Position numbers and translations under genes: made by a program. A stretch of DNA of 64,000 bases from Flectonema sp. DT1601 (lineage: Eukaryota), in the NCBI GenBank assembly GCA_964019425.1, contig OZ025804.1, positions 434,001-498,000 of the forward strand, given 5' to 3'. Position 1 is the first letter of the stretch, and every line of letters begins with the position of its first letter. This document shows positions 20,907-35,017 of this stretch, piece after piece. Below the pieces are notes generated by a model. It searched no databases. It had not been told where the DNA came from and was given only the letters and a program-made list of their open reading frames with translations.

Positions 20907-21410
20907 CTATTTTTTTACGAATTTCCTTTTAAAAAATTTAAAAACAAAAAAGTCAACAAGATGCACTTCAATTGACCTTTTAGTAAGCCCCGAGGCAGCC
21001 GCTTGAGCAGTCAAGATGTCAGGATGATGTGACACATGGAAATCATCTGTATTGGGGATACGTTCCACAAGAAGAAGCTCTCCATTACTATTGAGAGATG
21101 CGGATATTTCATTAAAAACTAAGGGAAGGTCTGATTCACTTATGTGTGAGAGTACCTGGGTACCAACAACTAGGTCTACCTGAGATGGCGGTACCCTCCA
21201 CGGTTTGGTAATATCCTGAAGCTCTATATTAGTAAGCCCTCTTCCTGTTGCCAATGATATCATTTCCGGCTCCAGTTCGAGTCCGATGTATGACTTTATT
21301 TCTTGTCTCTGGAGCCACCTGGTCGAGGCTCCACCACCGCAACCGATCTCCACAACTCGCAACCCCCGTGGGTTGCATACTTTTGAGAGAATACGTTCCA
21401 CAGGTTTCAT
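20907..21410 (-). CDS. Class I SAM-dependent methyltransferase (ends uncertain, may be spliced)
   Basis: VVEIGCGGG motif I, GLE..PEMI, DLVV...VLSHI, LNSNGELLLVE. Confidence 0.75.
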   Translation of the reverse strand: MKPVERILSKVCNPRGLRVVEIGCGGGASTRWLQRQEIKSYIGLELEPEMISLATGRGLTNIELQDITKPWRVPPSQVDLVVGTQVLSHISESDLPLVFNEISASLNSNGELLLVERIPNTDDFHVSHHPDILTAQAAASGLTKRSIEVHLVDFFVFKFFKRKFVKK

Positions 21411-21544
21411 GAACTTAGTTTTCTGTAAAGGGAATTATCATATTTGGAAAAGGTGAATTCTTCATAAACGTATGAAATGCTCAAAATCTCCGAAGACATC
21501 CTCTAATCTTGTTCTTATTATCAGTGTAGTGCTAGGATGAAGGG

Positions 21545-21685
21545 GGTAACTTGATACTATGATTAAATGGAAAACAACTTGAAACTGTCTAAAACAAATA
21601 TAGGGTTCGGCCAAACCCAGTTGCAGTGAAAAGAGACCAACAGTTGGTATCAATAAAATATCATATGTGTTGTCGAATATGGAGG
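21545..21685. repeat. Dispersed short repeat family, copy 2
   Basis: 'tgaaaagagaccaacagttggtatcaataaaat' shared with ~24400-24431; upstream similarity to 24325-24385 and 8125-8160. Confidence 0.65.
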
Positions 21686-22317
21686 GGGTGAAATAGGAAA
21701 TAATTCCACAGTACAGAAGAGTAATCGATGAAGATCACAAGTTTCGAGAAACGAAAAACAAATTTTGAGAGGGGTTAACTGGTACTTATCTGGTTAAGCA
21801 TGCAGATGACGTGTCATCAAAGTTAACCAACAAAGTTTTAAAAAAAAATAGTTCGAAACATTCGGAGATTAAAAAAAGGACCACGCTCGATGAGAAATTG
21901 CCAGTGCTGGAAATCGGACTTCTGCTGACTCTACTATCACGAAAAAAGATTAAAAAAAAAAAAAAAAAAAAAACTATGCAGCAAATAAAGGTTTGTTCCA
22001 CTCTCGAGTAGAGTACTGTAGCAGAGCAATCCGATTCCAATCACATAAGGGAGAACGGGGGAGAACACAATAACGTAAACCCTCGGTTAGCAGAATAACG
22101 TAAACCCAAGGTATCATCAGGGTGCGAAATCGCTGCTAAATAAAACACCAAATAACCACCAAATAAATTATTATGCTTGCGTGAACAGTAAGTTGAAATA
22201 TAATAAGCAAAAAACAAAAAAAGAGGACGGGAAAACGAGACGACATTTCGCTTCCACTCCATGCTTTGTATTCCTACTTTTTATAAATCATTGAAAGAAG
22301 CATCGTGCGCTATATCA

Positions 22318-23079
22318 TTAAGCGATTACCGAAAGCTCGAAGGCAATCTGCCAATCTTCAGCTTCGGGTTTGATAAACCTGCAGTACCACTTTGCGGTTC
22401 CGTACTTAGTGGTGGTGAAGCCAATAGCGTGGTACAGTGTTGGGGACTCCTGGTATCCAGCAAGGAACCCATTAGCTGTCATTGGAGTCGGTGTTACGGA
22501 CTTAAAGTAAGACTCAAGATCCGGCTGAAGAATGTAACGATCGGAAGAGTATGGGACATACTGAGCACCCGGGTTGTACATAGCAGCGAGCGCTTCAAAG
22601 TTTTGAGAGTTCCAGAGTTCAAGACCCTTCTTTAATTGTGCTGCCATCCAGCTAGGAGGTGTTGCCTTCACTAAGGAAGATGAACTGCTTGGAACACCAA
22701 TAGACATGCAGTCGAAGGCAATTTCCCAAACATTTCCAGGCTTGATCCATCTGACATAATATGTTCCCTTTCCAGTACTGTCGCTGGACTCACCGATCTC
22801 GTGCCACAAGCTGTCGCTCTCCTGCAACACGTGAGTTGGAGTCAATGACAAGTTACGTAGTCCACTTTCGTATGCCTGTTTAAAAAAAGGAGCCAAGTTC
22901 TTTCCCAACAAAAATGTATCAGCAGTTGGCGGGATCAGCTCAGCACCAGGATTGTAGATACTCTGCACTCCGGTAAAGTTTTGAGAGTTGTACAGCTCTG
23001 CGAACCTCTTATCAGATTCAACCATCCACTGAGGTGGTGCAACAGCAACGGCAGCGGCAAGAAGAACTGTCTGCATCAT
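22318..23079 (-). CDS. Secreted protein with two tandem SnoaL/NTF2-like (DUF4440-like) domains
   Basis: Signal peptide MMQTVLLAAAVAVA; internal duplication PPxWM...ELY/WNSQNF...YNPGA...QES..L.H.IG...Y.RW/FIKP...W.IAF. Confidence 0.65.
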   Translation of the reverse strand: MMQTVLLAAAVAVAPPQWMVESDKRFAELYNSQNFTGVQSIYNPGAELIPPTADTFLLGKNLAPFFKQAYESGLRNLSLTPTHVLQESDSLWHEIGESSDSTGKGTYYVRWIKPGNVWEIAFDCMSIGVPSSSSSLVKATPPSWMAAQLKKGLELWNSQNFEALAAMYNPGAQYVPYSSDRYILQPDLESYFKSVTPTPMTANGFLAGYQESPTLYHAIGFTTTKYGTAKWYCRFIKPEAEDWQIAFELSVIA

Positions 23080-23841
23080 ATTACTTTTAAAAAGGGTTTT
23101 AAGACCTGTTTTTTTGTTACAATAGATATAATCACACCAAAACACAGAAAACCCAACATTGTAATAAAAGAATGAATCTTATTCATTCATTATTATTAAT
23201 ATCAACAAGAACAAGGGTTTTGTTGGCTTATCGAGGTCCACTACATATCACAGTATAAAGGAAAAGAAAGAAGAAAAAAACGAAGTTCATTTCAGCGGAA
23301 ATAAAGCTTAACCTTCTACGATGGTTTTTATTTATTTATTCTATTTGCTGAGTCCAGGAGCCAAAAAAAATCAGAAAAAGCTCAACAGGGGTAACAGTTA
23401 TATCGCTACCAGCATAACCGTGAGACTCTCACAGACGATAAGAGACATAGAAGACCATGCAGAAAATAAAATTATATCCAAACCCTACTTGGATTAAAAA
23501 AGCTTTCGCCTATAAATGGCTGGTTGAAAAAGAAATATATGGGTAGGTAGGATTTATCATATGCTCCTTTAGACTTAACAACGAGGTTTTGGGATCAAAG
23601 AGTAGTATGTTTCATGTCCACTCCACATTGAGTATTTTTTTACGCTGCAACCACGTTCAAAGGAATCGTTAATAAAACAAACTAACAAAACAACCAAACA
23701 AACAAACACAGTTGGTTTCAGCCTGTTTACCTTACTATCCCATTTCAGCGAAGAAAGAAGGGACAATGCGGTGTCAAGTAACAGTCACAATATATTGTTT
23801 GTTGTAAAATAGTGCACTCTGAGTGTGAAGTCAAAACGCTA

Positions 23842-23875
<34 letters not shown>

Positions 23876-24324
23876 CCCTTCATCAGTAAGTTCTGAGAGT
23901 TCAAGGTGGATAGATTGATAAAGGTATCTGATTGCAAATGGCAGAGTTCACGAAGTGAACAGGAAAGGTAAATTGATAGTAGTTTGTGATGACTGTAAGA
24001 AGTTCGGGTAACCCACACCAGTGGAGAACACACATATTTTATTTGTTATAGCTTCGGCTGAAAGGAATAATCCTCAGCTGTCCATCTTGACAGAGACTAA
24101 TTTGTCAGTCAATCAAATAAATTAAACGCAAAAAATTGTAAGACAACAAACAAAATGATGATTGGGTTTCGGGCTAAAATTAAAAAATCTTTGTTCGGAC
24201 CATTCCCCTTACCCACCCCTCTTCAGCGAAGAAAGCAAGGGGGACACTCCTTAGTTTTCATAAATTGGCTGTCCAAAGACATTGTTCTCCGAAAAGAAAT
24301 CCGAAAGTTCGATAAAATTGATGC

Positions 24325-24687
24325 ATAGCTTGATATTATGACTAAATATAAATATACAGCAACTCGAAACTCGTTAAAACGAATGTTGCGTCCGGCCAAT
24401 GAAAAGAGACCAACAGTTGGTATCAATAAAATCCCATATATGGATTCGGGGCCCATGTACTACAGGTTGAGCACCCCATGTTCTGTAGACCGTTACAGCT
24501 AAAAATTAGTATTTCTTTACGCATTTCAAAATCAATCAAATAGTTTATCAAATAAACATTAAAGGAAATCTTGAATAAGAAATTTTTTTTTTTGAAAATT
24601 CAAAAAATAATCAAAAATAATAATAATGAAACATTACTGGTTTATAGCACACTACGGAGCACATCCCGCAAGACTCGGCTGCGAGTG
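24325..24687. repeat. Dispersed short repeat family, copy 3 (two blocks: 24325-24445 and 24656-24687)
   Basis: Matches to 21545-21665 and 8231-8262. Confidence 0.6.
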
Positions 24688-24772
24688 ATAATTAAGTTCT
24701 TTTGTACGTATCTTTGTTGGTTGAGATACTTGAGTACATTCATGAAATGAATATACTCGTATGGTACCAAAA

Positions 24773-25073
24773 TTAACTAAAATAAACAATAGAATCGAAG
24801 GGTCTACTCAGGGGATTAACTGTTCAATTTTGTACGTTAAATAAGAATGTATTGTATCATAAACAACATAACGATAATTTAACATTAGTTCATAGACACA
24901 GTTGACTAAAAGGTAATGTTAGTGTAGGTATACACTCTGCAATTGACGTAAATACTTTACATTATAATAAATGTTTCTAACTTAGCTGCATACACATCTC
25001 TTTTTCCGTGTTGTCATTCAGTGCAGTACGGAATCGAGTGGTTAACTAAAATAAACGTTGGTCTACTCAGGGG
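24773..25073. repeat. Imperfect direct repeat pair (24773-24814, 25042-25073)
   Basis: ttaactaaaataaac...ggtctactcagggg occurs twice ~270 nt apart. Confidence 0.6.
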
Positions 25074-25858
25074 TGAAACTTTGACAATGTAAAAACAGTA
25101 ACAACTTCAGGGTATTCAAAACGAAATTAATATCAAGTACTTGACTGAAAAAATATTTGTTGCTAATCAAAGAAAAGGTACGTTCAGAAAAAGAAAACAT
25201 AAAAAGGGGAATTCAATACGAAAGGATATATGAGGGAAGAATACAGCAGGTAACGTTTACCAAGTTACTTAGTTGGAAGCCAAATAAATGCGCAAAATAA
25301 AAACAAACGTTAACAGTAGACGAACCCGACGAAAGGCTTTCCTAGACTACTCGAGTCTTCAGCGGTCTGCTCGCCCGGGAAGAACAAACTCACTCATCTG
25401 CCTGGAAACCATCAAAAATTGGTTCGCTCCGAATTGGCGACCTAAACGATCTCGTAAGGCTTAGGGGGTAAATTGATACCGCTCTTTTTTTTTTTTTTTG
25501 CATTTAACAAGTATTGTAAGAACGAAAAAGAATGTTGGCAGCACACGTAAACCTCCTTTAGCTTTATCAGTTTAAGTCGGTTCACGGTTTCGTTCACAAA
25601 CCAAAAAATCACAGTGTTATATTATTATTTTCTGTATAGTTGAAGATAAAGCCATTTTTTTTTTTTTTAATGATTCTATGTTCCCTATGGTTTCCTGCAG
25701 TAGAACAAACAACGAACAATTCTTTTTTTCTTTTTGATAAAACAGACGTTTAAGGGTCATGAGAAAAAATTAGAAATCTTGGAACACCACACCAGGGACA
25801 CCAGAACAATAAAAACTACACAAACTTCGAATGCCTAAATTTAAAAAAAAAAAAAAAA

Positions 25859-26530
25859 GGGCAGTGGCCCAAAATACACCTCTTGCGGACGGCCCAAAAT
25901 ACACCAAAGTGGTTGGTTCTCAACCAGGGAAGGAATAGTTTAAGGCTCGGCTGACATAATAATATACTAGTAGTAGAAAAGCCAGGAGGTATTACCTTGA
26001 GATATTCAGCAGGTGACATAATAATATATACTATTAGCTCGCTAATCAAGTGAAAGTCAGTAGCGGAGTAGTTCGGCTGATTGAATCTTTAGAAAAGTGT
26101 TCCGTGGGCTACTTTCACAGAAACTCCGAAAGGACAGTACTGTGTGGCTCAGTGAAGTGATCTCAGACTTGAGAACACTAAATGGTTTCGCCACTCCACA
26201 GCTATTCATGTCAAGCCCTAGGCCGCTGATCATGTATACTTAGTTTTTGCGCTCTCATACCACATCTTGGTTGGTACGACGCGTGACCCGCACATATCGA
26301 GCTGTGTGTCACTCTTCTAAAGATTAATCATGTTGGATGTTGTCCCGTCTGACGCTCGTGATGCACCTCTAGTATTTTAAGTAGTTACACTCTGAACCCT
26401 CATGGTTGCATGAGTAATACCTGGTCACAAGTGTCTCTACCCAAATTTCCCCCAGTGACGCAGTCAGGCCAGAGCCCCGGGTCACACAGGTTCATTTTGG
26501 GCCACCTTCGTGTACTTTCGGCCATAATCC
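25859..26530. mobile_element. MITE-like non-autonomous DNA element with doubled sub-terminal inverted motifs
   Basis: ggcccaaaatacacc twice at left (25866, 25891); inverted versions at right (26488-26505, 16/18 match; 26510-26524); no ORF; no clear TSD. Confidence 0.5.
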
Positions 26531-27440
26531 GAAGAAAAAAAGGGGAAGCTATTGACTTTCATTCACACGACCTACTGTTTGTTAAATAACTAAGTACAAG
26601 GACTTTGATGTAAAATAATTTCATCATTACTCGAACAAAGCCTCTACATTGACGCACATAGATTGACAAAAAAGTATGGGAAAAAAACAACAGCAATAAA
26701 CTTTGATATACTTAAAAAGAAAAAAGTATTAAGGTTTAACCGAGAAACACAAGAATAATAAATAAATTAAATAAAATAAAGAGAGAACAGAATGAAAAAA
26801 AACTACCTCCGAAATCTGAATAAAAGTTCAGAAAGTAATTTTTGATGTATTTTGGTTTGTTTCCATACTTCACTTGTTAAGACTCGAAAAGTCTACACAA
26901 CAGAAGAAAAAAAAAGTTCAATCACAAGTAAATCTACGGTGATACTATAAAAAACAATTAAACACAAGTAAAACAACTAACTACTCTGGGGTACTCCTTA
27001 TTGCAAGGACTACACCAATAAAAAATTGGGAAATAAGAGGAAACAAAACATAATAAAGTGACAGCCAAGGCCGCCCTCATAGTACTAAAAAAATGATCGA
27101 AAAACGACACTTTTTTTTTTTTTTTTTGCAAACGCCATTGTGTCAATTGCTACTTCCAGGTATCATATCGAGACATAGGCCACCATGGTGATGTTATAAA
27201 ACGTCTTCATCAGTCCAGCTCTGTTGCCATACAAGTACAGAAGGTCACGCTCATAGCAGCAGCAAGAATAGCAGTCATTAACATTTTAAAATGGGTTTTA
27301 AACACAAAAAGACCTGTTTGGGAAAAAAAATAATGTTAAAATAAAGTCTCGTGAAGAGGTTAACACACCAGACTACTTTGTAAGATTAATAAAACAACGC
27401 GTAGCAGTTATAGTCATGTTCAATATGTGTCTGTAACGCC

Positions 27441-27604
27441 TTTTTTTTTTTTTGAGGGAGGTGAGAGGTAGGTATGGCAGGAGGGTAAACCCTCGGAACC
27501 AGCGATCCTTATGTTACATGAGTGTGCGCTAAAAAGATAAACTGCATCACAAGTTTTGGGCCGGTTTTCTAGGTCCTACTATATCTGTCGCCGAAGCGAA
27601 GAAG
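27441..27604 (-). mobile_element. Poly(A)-tailed ~150-nt structured retroelement 3' end / SINE-like sequence, copy 1
   Basis: T13 then sequence homologous to 52753-52900, including 27 identical nt (27487-27513 = 52784-52810). Confidence 0.7.
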
Positions 27605-27878
27605 AGAAAAATGAAAAAACAATATTTGTGGTTGTTTGTGTACAGGGATTGCTTAATAACATGACTTTTAGGTAAAAAATTGTAATGCGTGTAAAAATCG
27701 TGTCTTTTTTTTTCTCTGCTTTACAATTCTTGAAAGAAGAAAAATAAAGTGGAAAGACAAGGAGGGATGTGACTAAATAAAGGTTTTTGCTAAAATGAAA
27801 ACATTTCTTTAAAGAAAGTTTAATTATAATAAGTTTTCTTTTTTATTTATTTATTATAATAAGAAAAGTTTTTTTTCA

Positions 27879-28840
27879 TTTTTTTTTTTTTTTTTGATAC
27901 TGGATACGTTGTGATTCAGAGAGGGTTAATTCTCTGTTCACTTGATATCCTGTTAATGAGCGGGGTAAGTTGACCCCAAAAGGTTCGTTCATAAATAGAA
28001 AGGAATACAATAGAGAAACATAAGACTGAGCTAGATTAGTCTAATGTGCAGCAAGAGTTACGTAAAAATATAATAAATTAATCAGTATAATAGTTACAAC
28101 AGCATGGTTTGACAGGTTTCTCAATAAACCCTTATTCTTTGAGTTGTTGACATGTTTCTAAATCCTCAGAGAGTACATCTACACCTAATATTTTTTCCCC
28201 TCATCAACAACTGTCAGCTCCATCATCAGCATTTCTTCGAATGGTACCCATCTTCTGACTCAATCATCGAACCTTGTCGTGCAGCATGAATCAGCATCCA
28301 TCAGCTCCTTGCTTGCATCAGAAAATTTTCACATTGATTGTGTACAAATTACAGTGTTCCATACGAGTTTAAGTTCTTTTTAGTTTTGTCCTCTGGACTT
28401 GTCCATCCCCTACGTCACATAGATATTTTAATAGCATTACCATGCCATCAAAGTCATTAGACTGTTCTATTAACTCGTCTTCTGTTAATATAAGCGAGTC
28501 TAAGTTCATTTTTCTTTCTTTGTAGAATGCTGGACATTCACAAACATAGTGTTGCATTGTGTCCTCCACTTCACAGCAGAGACACAATCCATTTCTATAT
28601 CGGTTATCAATTTGTTTTGTAGTAAAGCATGCCTTACCCATTCTTATTTGTGATATTAGTATTTCCATTTCCCTGTTGAATTTCTCCGGAAATGATTCCT
28701 TCTTTCCAATCATTACCTTTGTATGTAAATATTTCATTTTTGTTGTGACAGTTTTGTAGTCCACTTTTACATTGTTTTGCTCTATTTTAACCGCTTCCGC
28801 AGCCAGAGCATCAGCTCTCTCATTTCCTTCTATACCGCAA
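27879..28840 (-). mobile_element. 5'-truncated non-LTR retrotransposon fragment (RNase H C-terminus + Cys/His finger + 3' UTR + poly A)
   Basis: CGIEGNERADALA at 28839-28801, QIRMG...CLCC...TMQHYVCEC, stop at 28369, T17 at 27879-27895. Confidence 0.8.
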
Positions 28841-30221
28841 TTTTTATTTTATTTTTATTTTGTCACATCTTTCTTGTCTCTCTTTCATTTTGCTTTTTTT
28901 ATATTCTGAGCACCAACGCTCTTCTTATTTTTTAACAAGACAAAGATACGCGTGCAACTGTCAGGAGTCCGTTAGAGGACCTCCACGGATCGGCAGCTCC
29001 TGACACTGTGCTTGCAAAGCGAGAGATCAACGTAAAGACGGTGGCCAAAGACCACTGGGTCACCTGCGAGCCGAAAGGTTGTCCTCATAGAATTAGGAGA
29101 TAAGGAGAAAGAATGGAGAAGATGTATACTAAAAGATAACAGTATTGACTTGTTTAACTACAGCTGAGTGCTGTCAGGTTTGAACCCATTGCTCCATGTT
29201 CCATATGAATCCGGCAAGGGCATGCAAGTTACGTGTAGCAAACATGAACGGAAGACTCAAGGCAGTCTTCGAGATTCTTGCTTCCTCAATAATTTCACCA
29301 ATAGTTCCTTTTCGAATGTACATCAGCGCCGCAGCAGTGCATTCCAGTATCAGATGACGTGGTGAAGACTCCGTTCTTTGACAAAAGAGACACATCCGAG
29401 GAACTTCTTTAATTCTAAGTAAGTGATGAGATCCAGTCCTGAATCTAGCTATTCTAATTTCTGATGACCTCAGCATGTTAGAGGGGTAACGAGCAGCCTT
29501 GTAACCCCCGGTGGCATCCAGGTATTGTCTCAGCATGACACGCTTGACAGGGGGCCTCGCAGTCTCAGCACCTTCAAGCATCCTGCCAAATAGCTTCCTA
29601 CCGGTTTCGCGTGCAACCCTCGACTTGTGCAAAGAAGTCCATTTTTGAATTAACTGGCTTCCCATCCAAATCTTTAGAAGCTGCCTTAGCCAGTTTATCA
29701 GCCTTGTCGTGAGGATCAATCCCTACATGCGATGGGATGAATTGAAGATGGACAAAGGTCCCCAGTTGTTTGATTTTGTTCAGTATCGACAGCGAATTCA
29801 CCTTCCTTTGAGCCACAATACCTCCCTTCAGTTCATCTAAATTCGACTTCGAGTCACTAAATATCCTTGTGATCCCGCAGGTAGATCCAAACGGCGAGTT
29901 TATCTTGCCAATTGCATAAACCAATAATTTCAGAGCTATCTGTTCAGACTTGAAACTACTTTCGGTGGCCACAAGTCTGGATGCCCTGGTACACTCTACC
30001 GGTAAGACCTGCACGGCCGCTGCACCTCAACTCGTCTCGTTCCTTCGTGTCTACGCTCGTCTTCCTGTCTTTCTTACCGTTCCCGTTCTCTGTGTGTGCT
30101 TTCTGGTTCCTTTCCTTCCGTGAGAGTATTTCTCCTCCCATCTGGTTGCAAAATTTAGTCGGTCTCTGCCGTCCGAGACCGCCGCGTGGAGGCATTTTGT
30201 GTGGTCCCTAAACCCGTAAGG
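28841..30221 (-). mobile_element. Defective (frameshifted, probably internally deleted) non-LTR retrotransposon of another family
   Basis: RNase H motifs SSFKSEQIAL, IFSDSKS, FIPSHVGI...DKADKLAK; RFRTG...CLFC...HLILEC in another frame; (TAAAA)-type tail at 28841-28861. Confidence 0.8.
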
Positions 30222-30284
30222 TTTTTTTTTTTTTTTTTTTTTGTGTGCACCACGACCCGTGAGTCTGTGATGCTGATTGCGCTG

Positions 30285-33076
<2,792 letters not shown>

Positions 33077-33080
<4 letters not shown>

Positions 33081-34942
33081 GATTGGCCAGTGTTGTTCCT
33101 GTTGGTCGCACTTGTAGTAATCTTGTTCATACCAAGATTGTTCTCAATCCTCTTGACAGCTTCTATTAGCGAAGTGATGGCTGTCGCCATGTTGTTGTTG
33201 GCTGCTTCGTTCTTTTTCGTAGTTTGCACCAGGGTTTCTACAATCCCGGTTATCTGTGCCATGCCTTCATCAAGTCGAACTTGCATGTCCTTCACTTCTT
33301 TCTGAAGACGTTCGATTGTCTCGTTCGTTTTCTCTCTCAGGCTGTTGACGTTGTTTTCTACAACCTGAACTTCGGCCGTTGGTTTCTTCGTTGTCGGGAG
33401 TGACCTCTTGACCGCGGCTGCGTACGATGTTCTAGCCTCACGGTACTTAACTACAACGGGTTTCGCTGTTTCCTTCGCCTTCACTTCTGTTTCTAACTTT
33501 TCAATGAGGATGACAATATCTCCACACTGTACAAACCTTGATTCTGGTTTCTTGTCCAGTGCGATGATAAAGTCACCTCTATCCATCCTTATGAACTTTG
33601 ACTTCAGTCCTATCTCCAATAGGATATTCCGAAGTCTGTTACCCCAGCTGTAAGGTGCTCCACTGAGACGGTGAAGCCCTTCGCCAAACACTGTGGATGC
33701 ATATTTACCAGCACCCTTTCTTACTTTATCAACATCCTTTTGATAAACCACCCTCAATCCAATCTTGCCATGAATGATGGTGAGTCCATGGCAGAGGTCA
33801 TGTTGGGCTTTAAGTATGCCAACTGCCTCTTCGTTTGTTGTCTTGCGGTCCAGCCACACTGTGGTGTACTGAGTGGGTGTCTGTCCCGCCACTGATTTAA
33901 TCCGGAAATAAACATTTCCTATTCCGGAGTTTCTTAAAAGTGCGACAGCTGCTTCCACATCGTTTGGGAGAACAGTGAGTTCTACGAAGTCTTTGCCAAC
34001 GTATCTGTAGGAGCGTTGATCGACTCTTCCGTGTTGTGCCACAACAGCTTTGACAATTGCTGTTACAGCTGCCGGGTTTTGGACCTGTGACTTGGTCAAC
34101 TCTTTAGTTGTTATCCACGCAATTAATTCGTGGGTCACCGGTGCGTTGATCTTCTTGGCGATCGTTAGAGTTGGCCGGTGGATCGTGCCAGACAGAGCAA
34201 CGAACCACCAGCTTCTTATTTTTAATTGCCCATCGAATTGGACAGGTGTCTGTATCTGACTGCAGTCAGTTGCGTGTTGTAGGGCACGTTTTGGAGGTGG
34301 TCGTGTGAACACCATCGTCAGTTGCTTCGTTTTACTGGCCTTTTCGAAGTAGTCTTCGTCCAGGCTTCTTGCTTGTTGAGATAATGCAAGTATAATGCCG
34401 TTGGTCTTGCTGTTGAGGGTCTCAGTTGGCTGGAGTATTTTGCATTTAAAATGCTCCTTGTTTAGCTTCGGTGGTGGTCCATTCATAATCACCGTCGATC
34501 TTCTTTGTGCCTCTTTGATTTGAGGGCTTGATTGGGGTGCCTCATTTGACGGAGGGCTTTGATCTGCTTTTAAAAATTTACTTCCATGTGCCTCGATATT
34601 TTGAGGGCTTATTTGAATTGCCTCTTTGTTTTGAGGGCTTGTCTTTGTTTGAGTTGCCTCCTTGTTTTGAGGGCTTGCTTGAAATGCTGCGGGAGGTCCT
34701 ACTGCGGTCACCTCTACTGCGATTCCTTCCGGTACTTCTGGAGAGTCCATCTCCATTTCTTCCTCTGATACTTCTGGTGATTCTCCCATCACCACGTCCT
34801 CGTCTTCTTGCTGTTGGGTCTCTTCTTCTTCCCGGATCTCATTTCTGGCTTGTTCCCTCATCATCTTCGCCTCTTTCCTTTCTCTTTCTCTCCTTTCTGC
34901 AGCCCTTCTATCTTGCGGACGCATTGCTTTCTTTCCAGCCAT
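33077..34942 (-). CDS. LINE ORF1 (basic/acidic N-terminus, SPQ repeats, C-terminal coiled coil; no CCHC knuckle seen), copy A
   Basis: First ATG at 34942; stop overlaps ORF2 start (ATGA). Confidence 0.85.
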
Positions 34943-34966
34943 TTTAATTTTTTTAAGGTTCGGAAT

Positions 34967-35017
34967 CAATAAAGTACAGAATAAAATAAAACTGCAATAA
35001 AAGAAAAAGAAAAGAAC
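34967..35017 (-). promoter_or_regulatory. Polypyrimidine tract + CAG acceptor followed by spliced-leader-like 15-mer TTCTGTACTTTATTG (also 41428-41478, 47909-47959)
   Basis: Minus strand reads gttcttttctttttcttttattgCAGttttattttaTTCTGTACTTTATTG, ending 24 nt before the ORF1 ATG. Confidence 0.7.

Noticed and set aside
26958..27146. Short ORF with hydrophobic MRAALAVTLL start
   Set aside because: Too short, with no supported downstream exon or motif
27150..27242. CUGAUGA motif and TTCTGTACTT-GTATG SL-gene-like 10-mer (minus)
   Set aside because: No GAAA core for a hammerhead; the 10-nt SL match lacks TATTG and the 5' part, so it is compatible with chance
30206..30215. CCCTAAACCC at the junction as telomerase-added repeat
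   Set aside because: Only ~1.5 units, and the wrong strand for a chromosome end lying to the right
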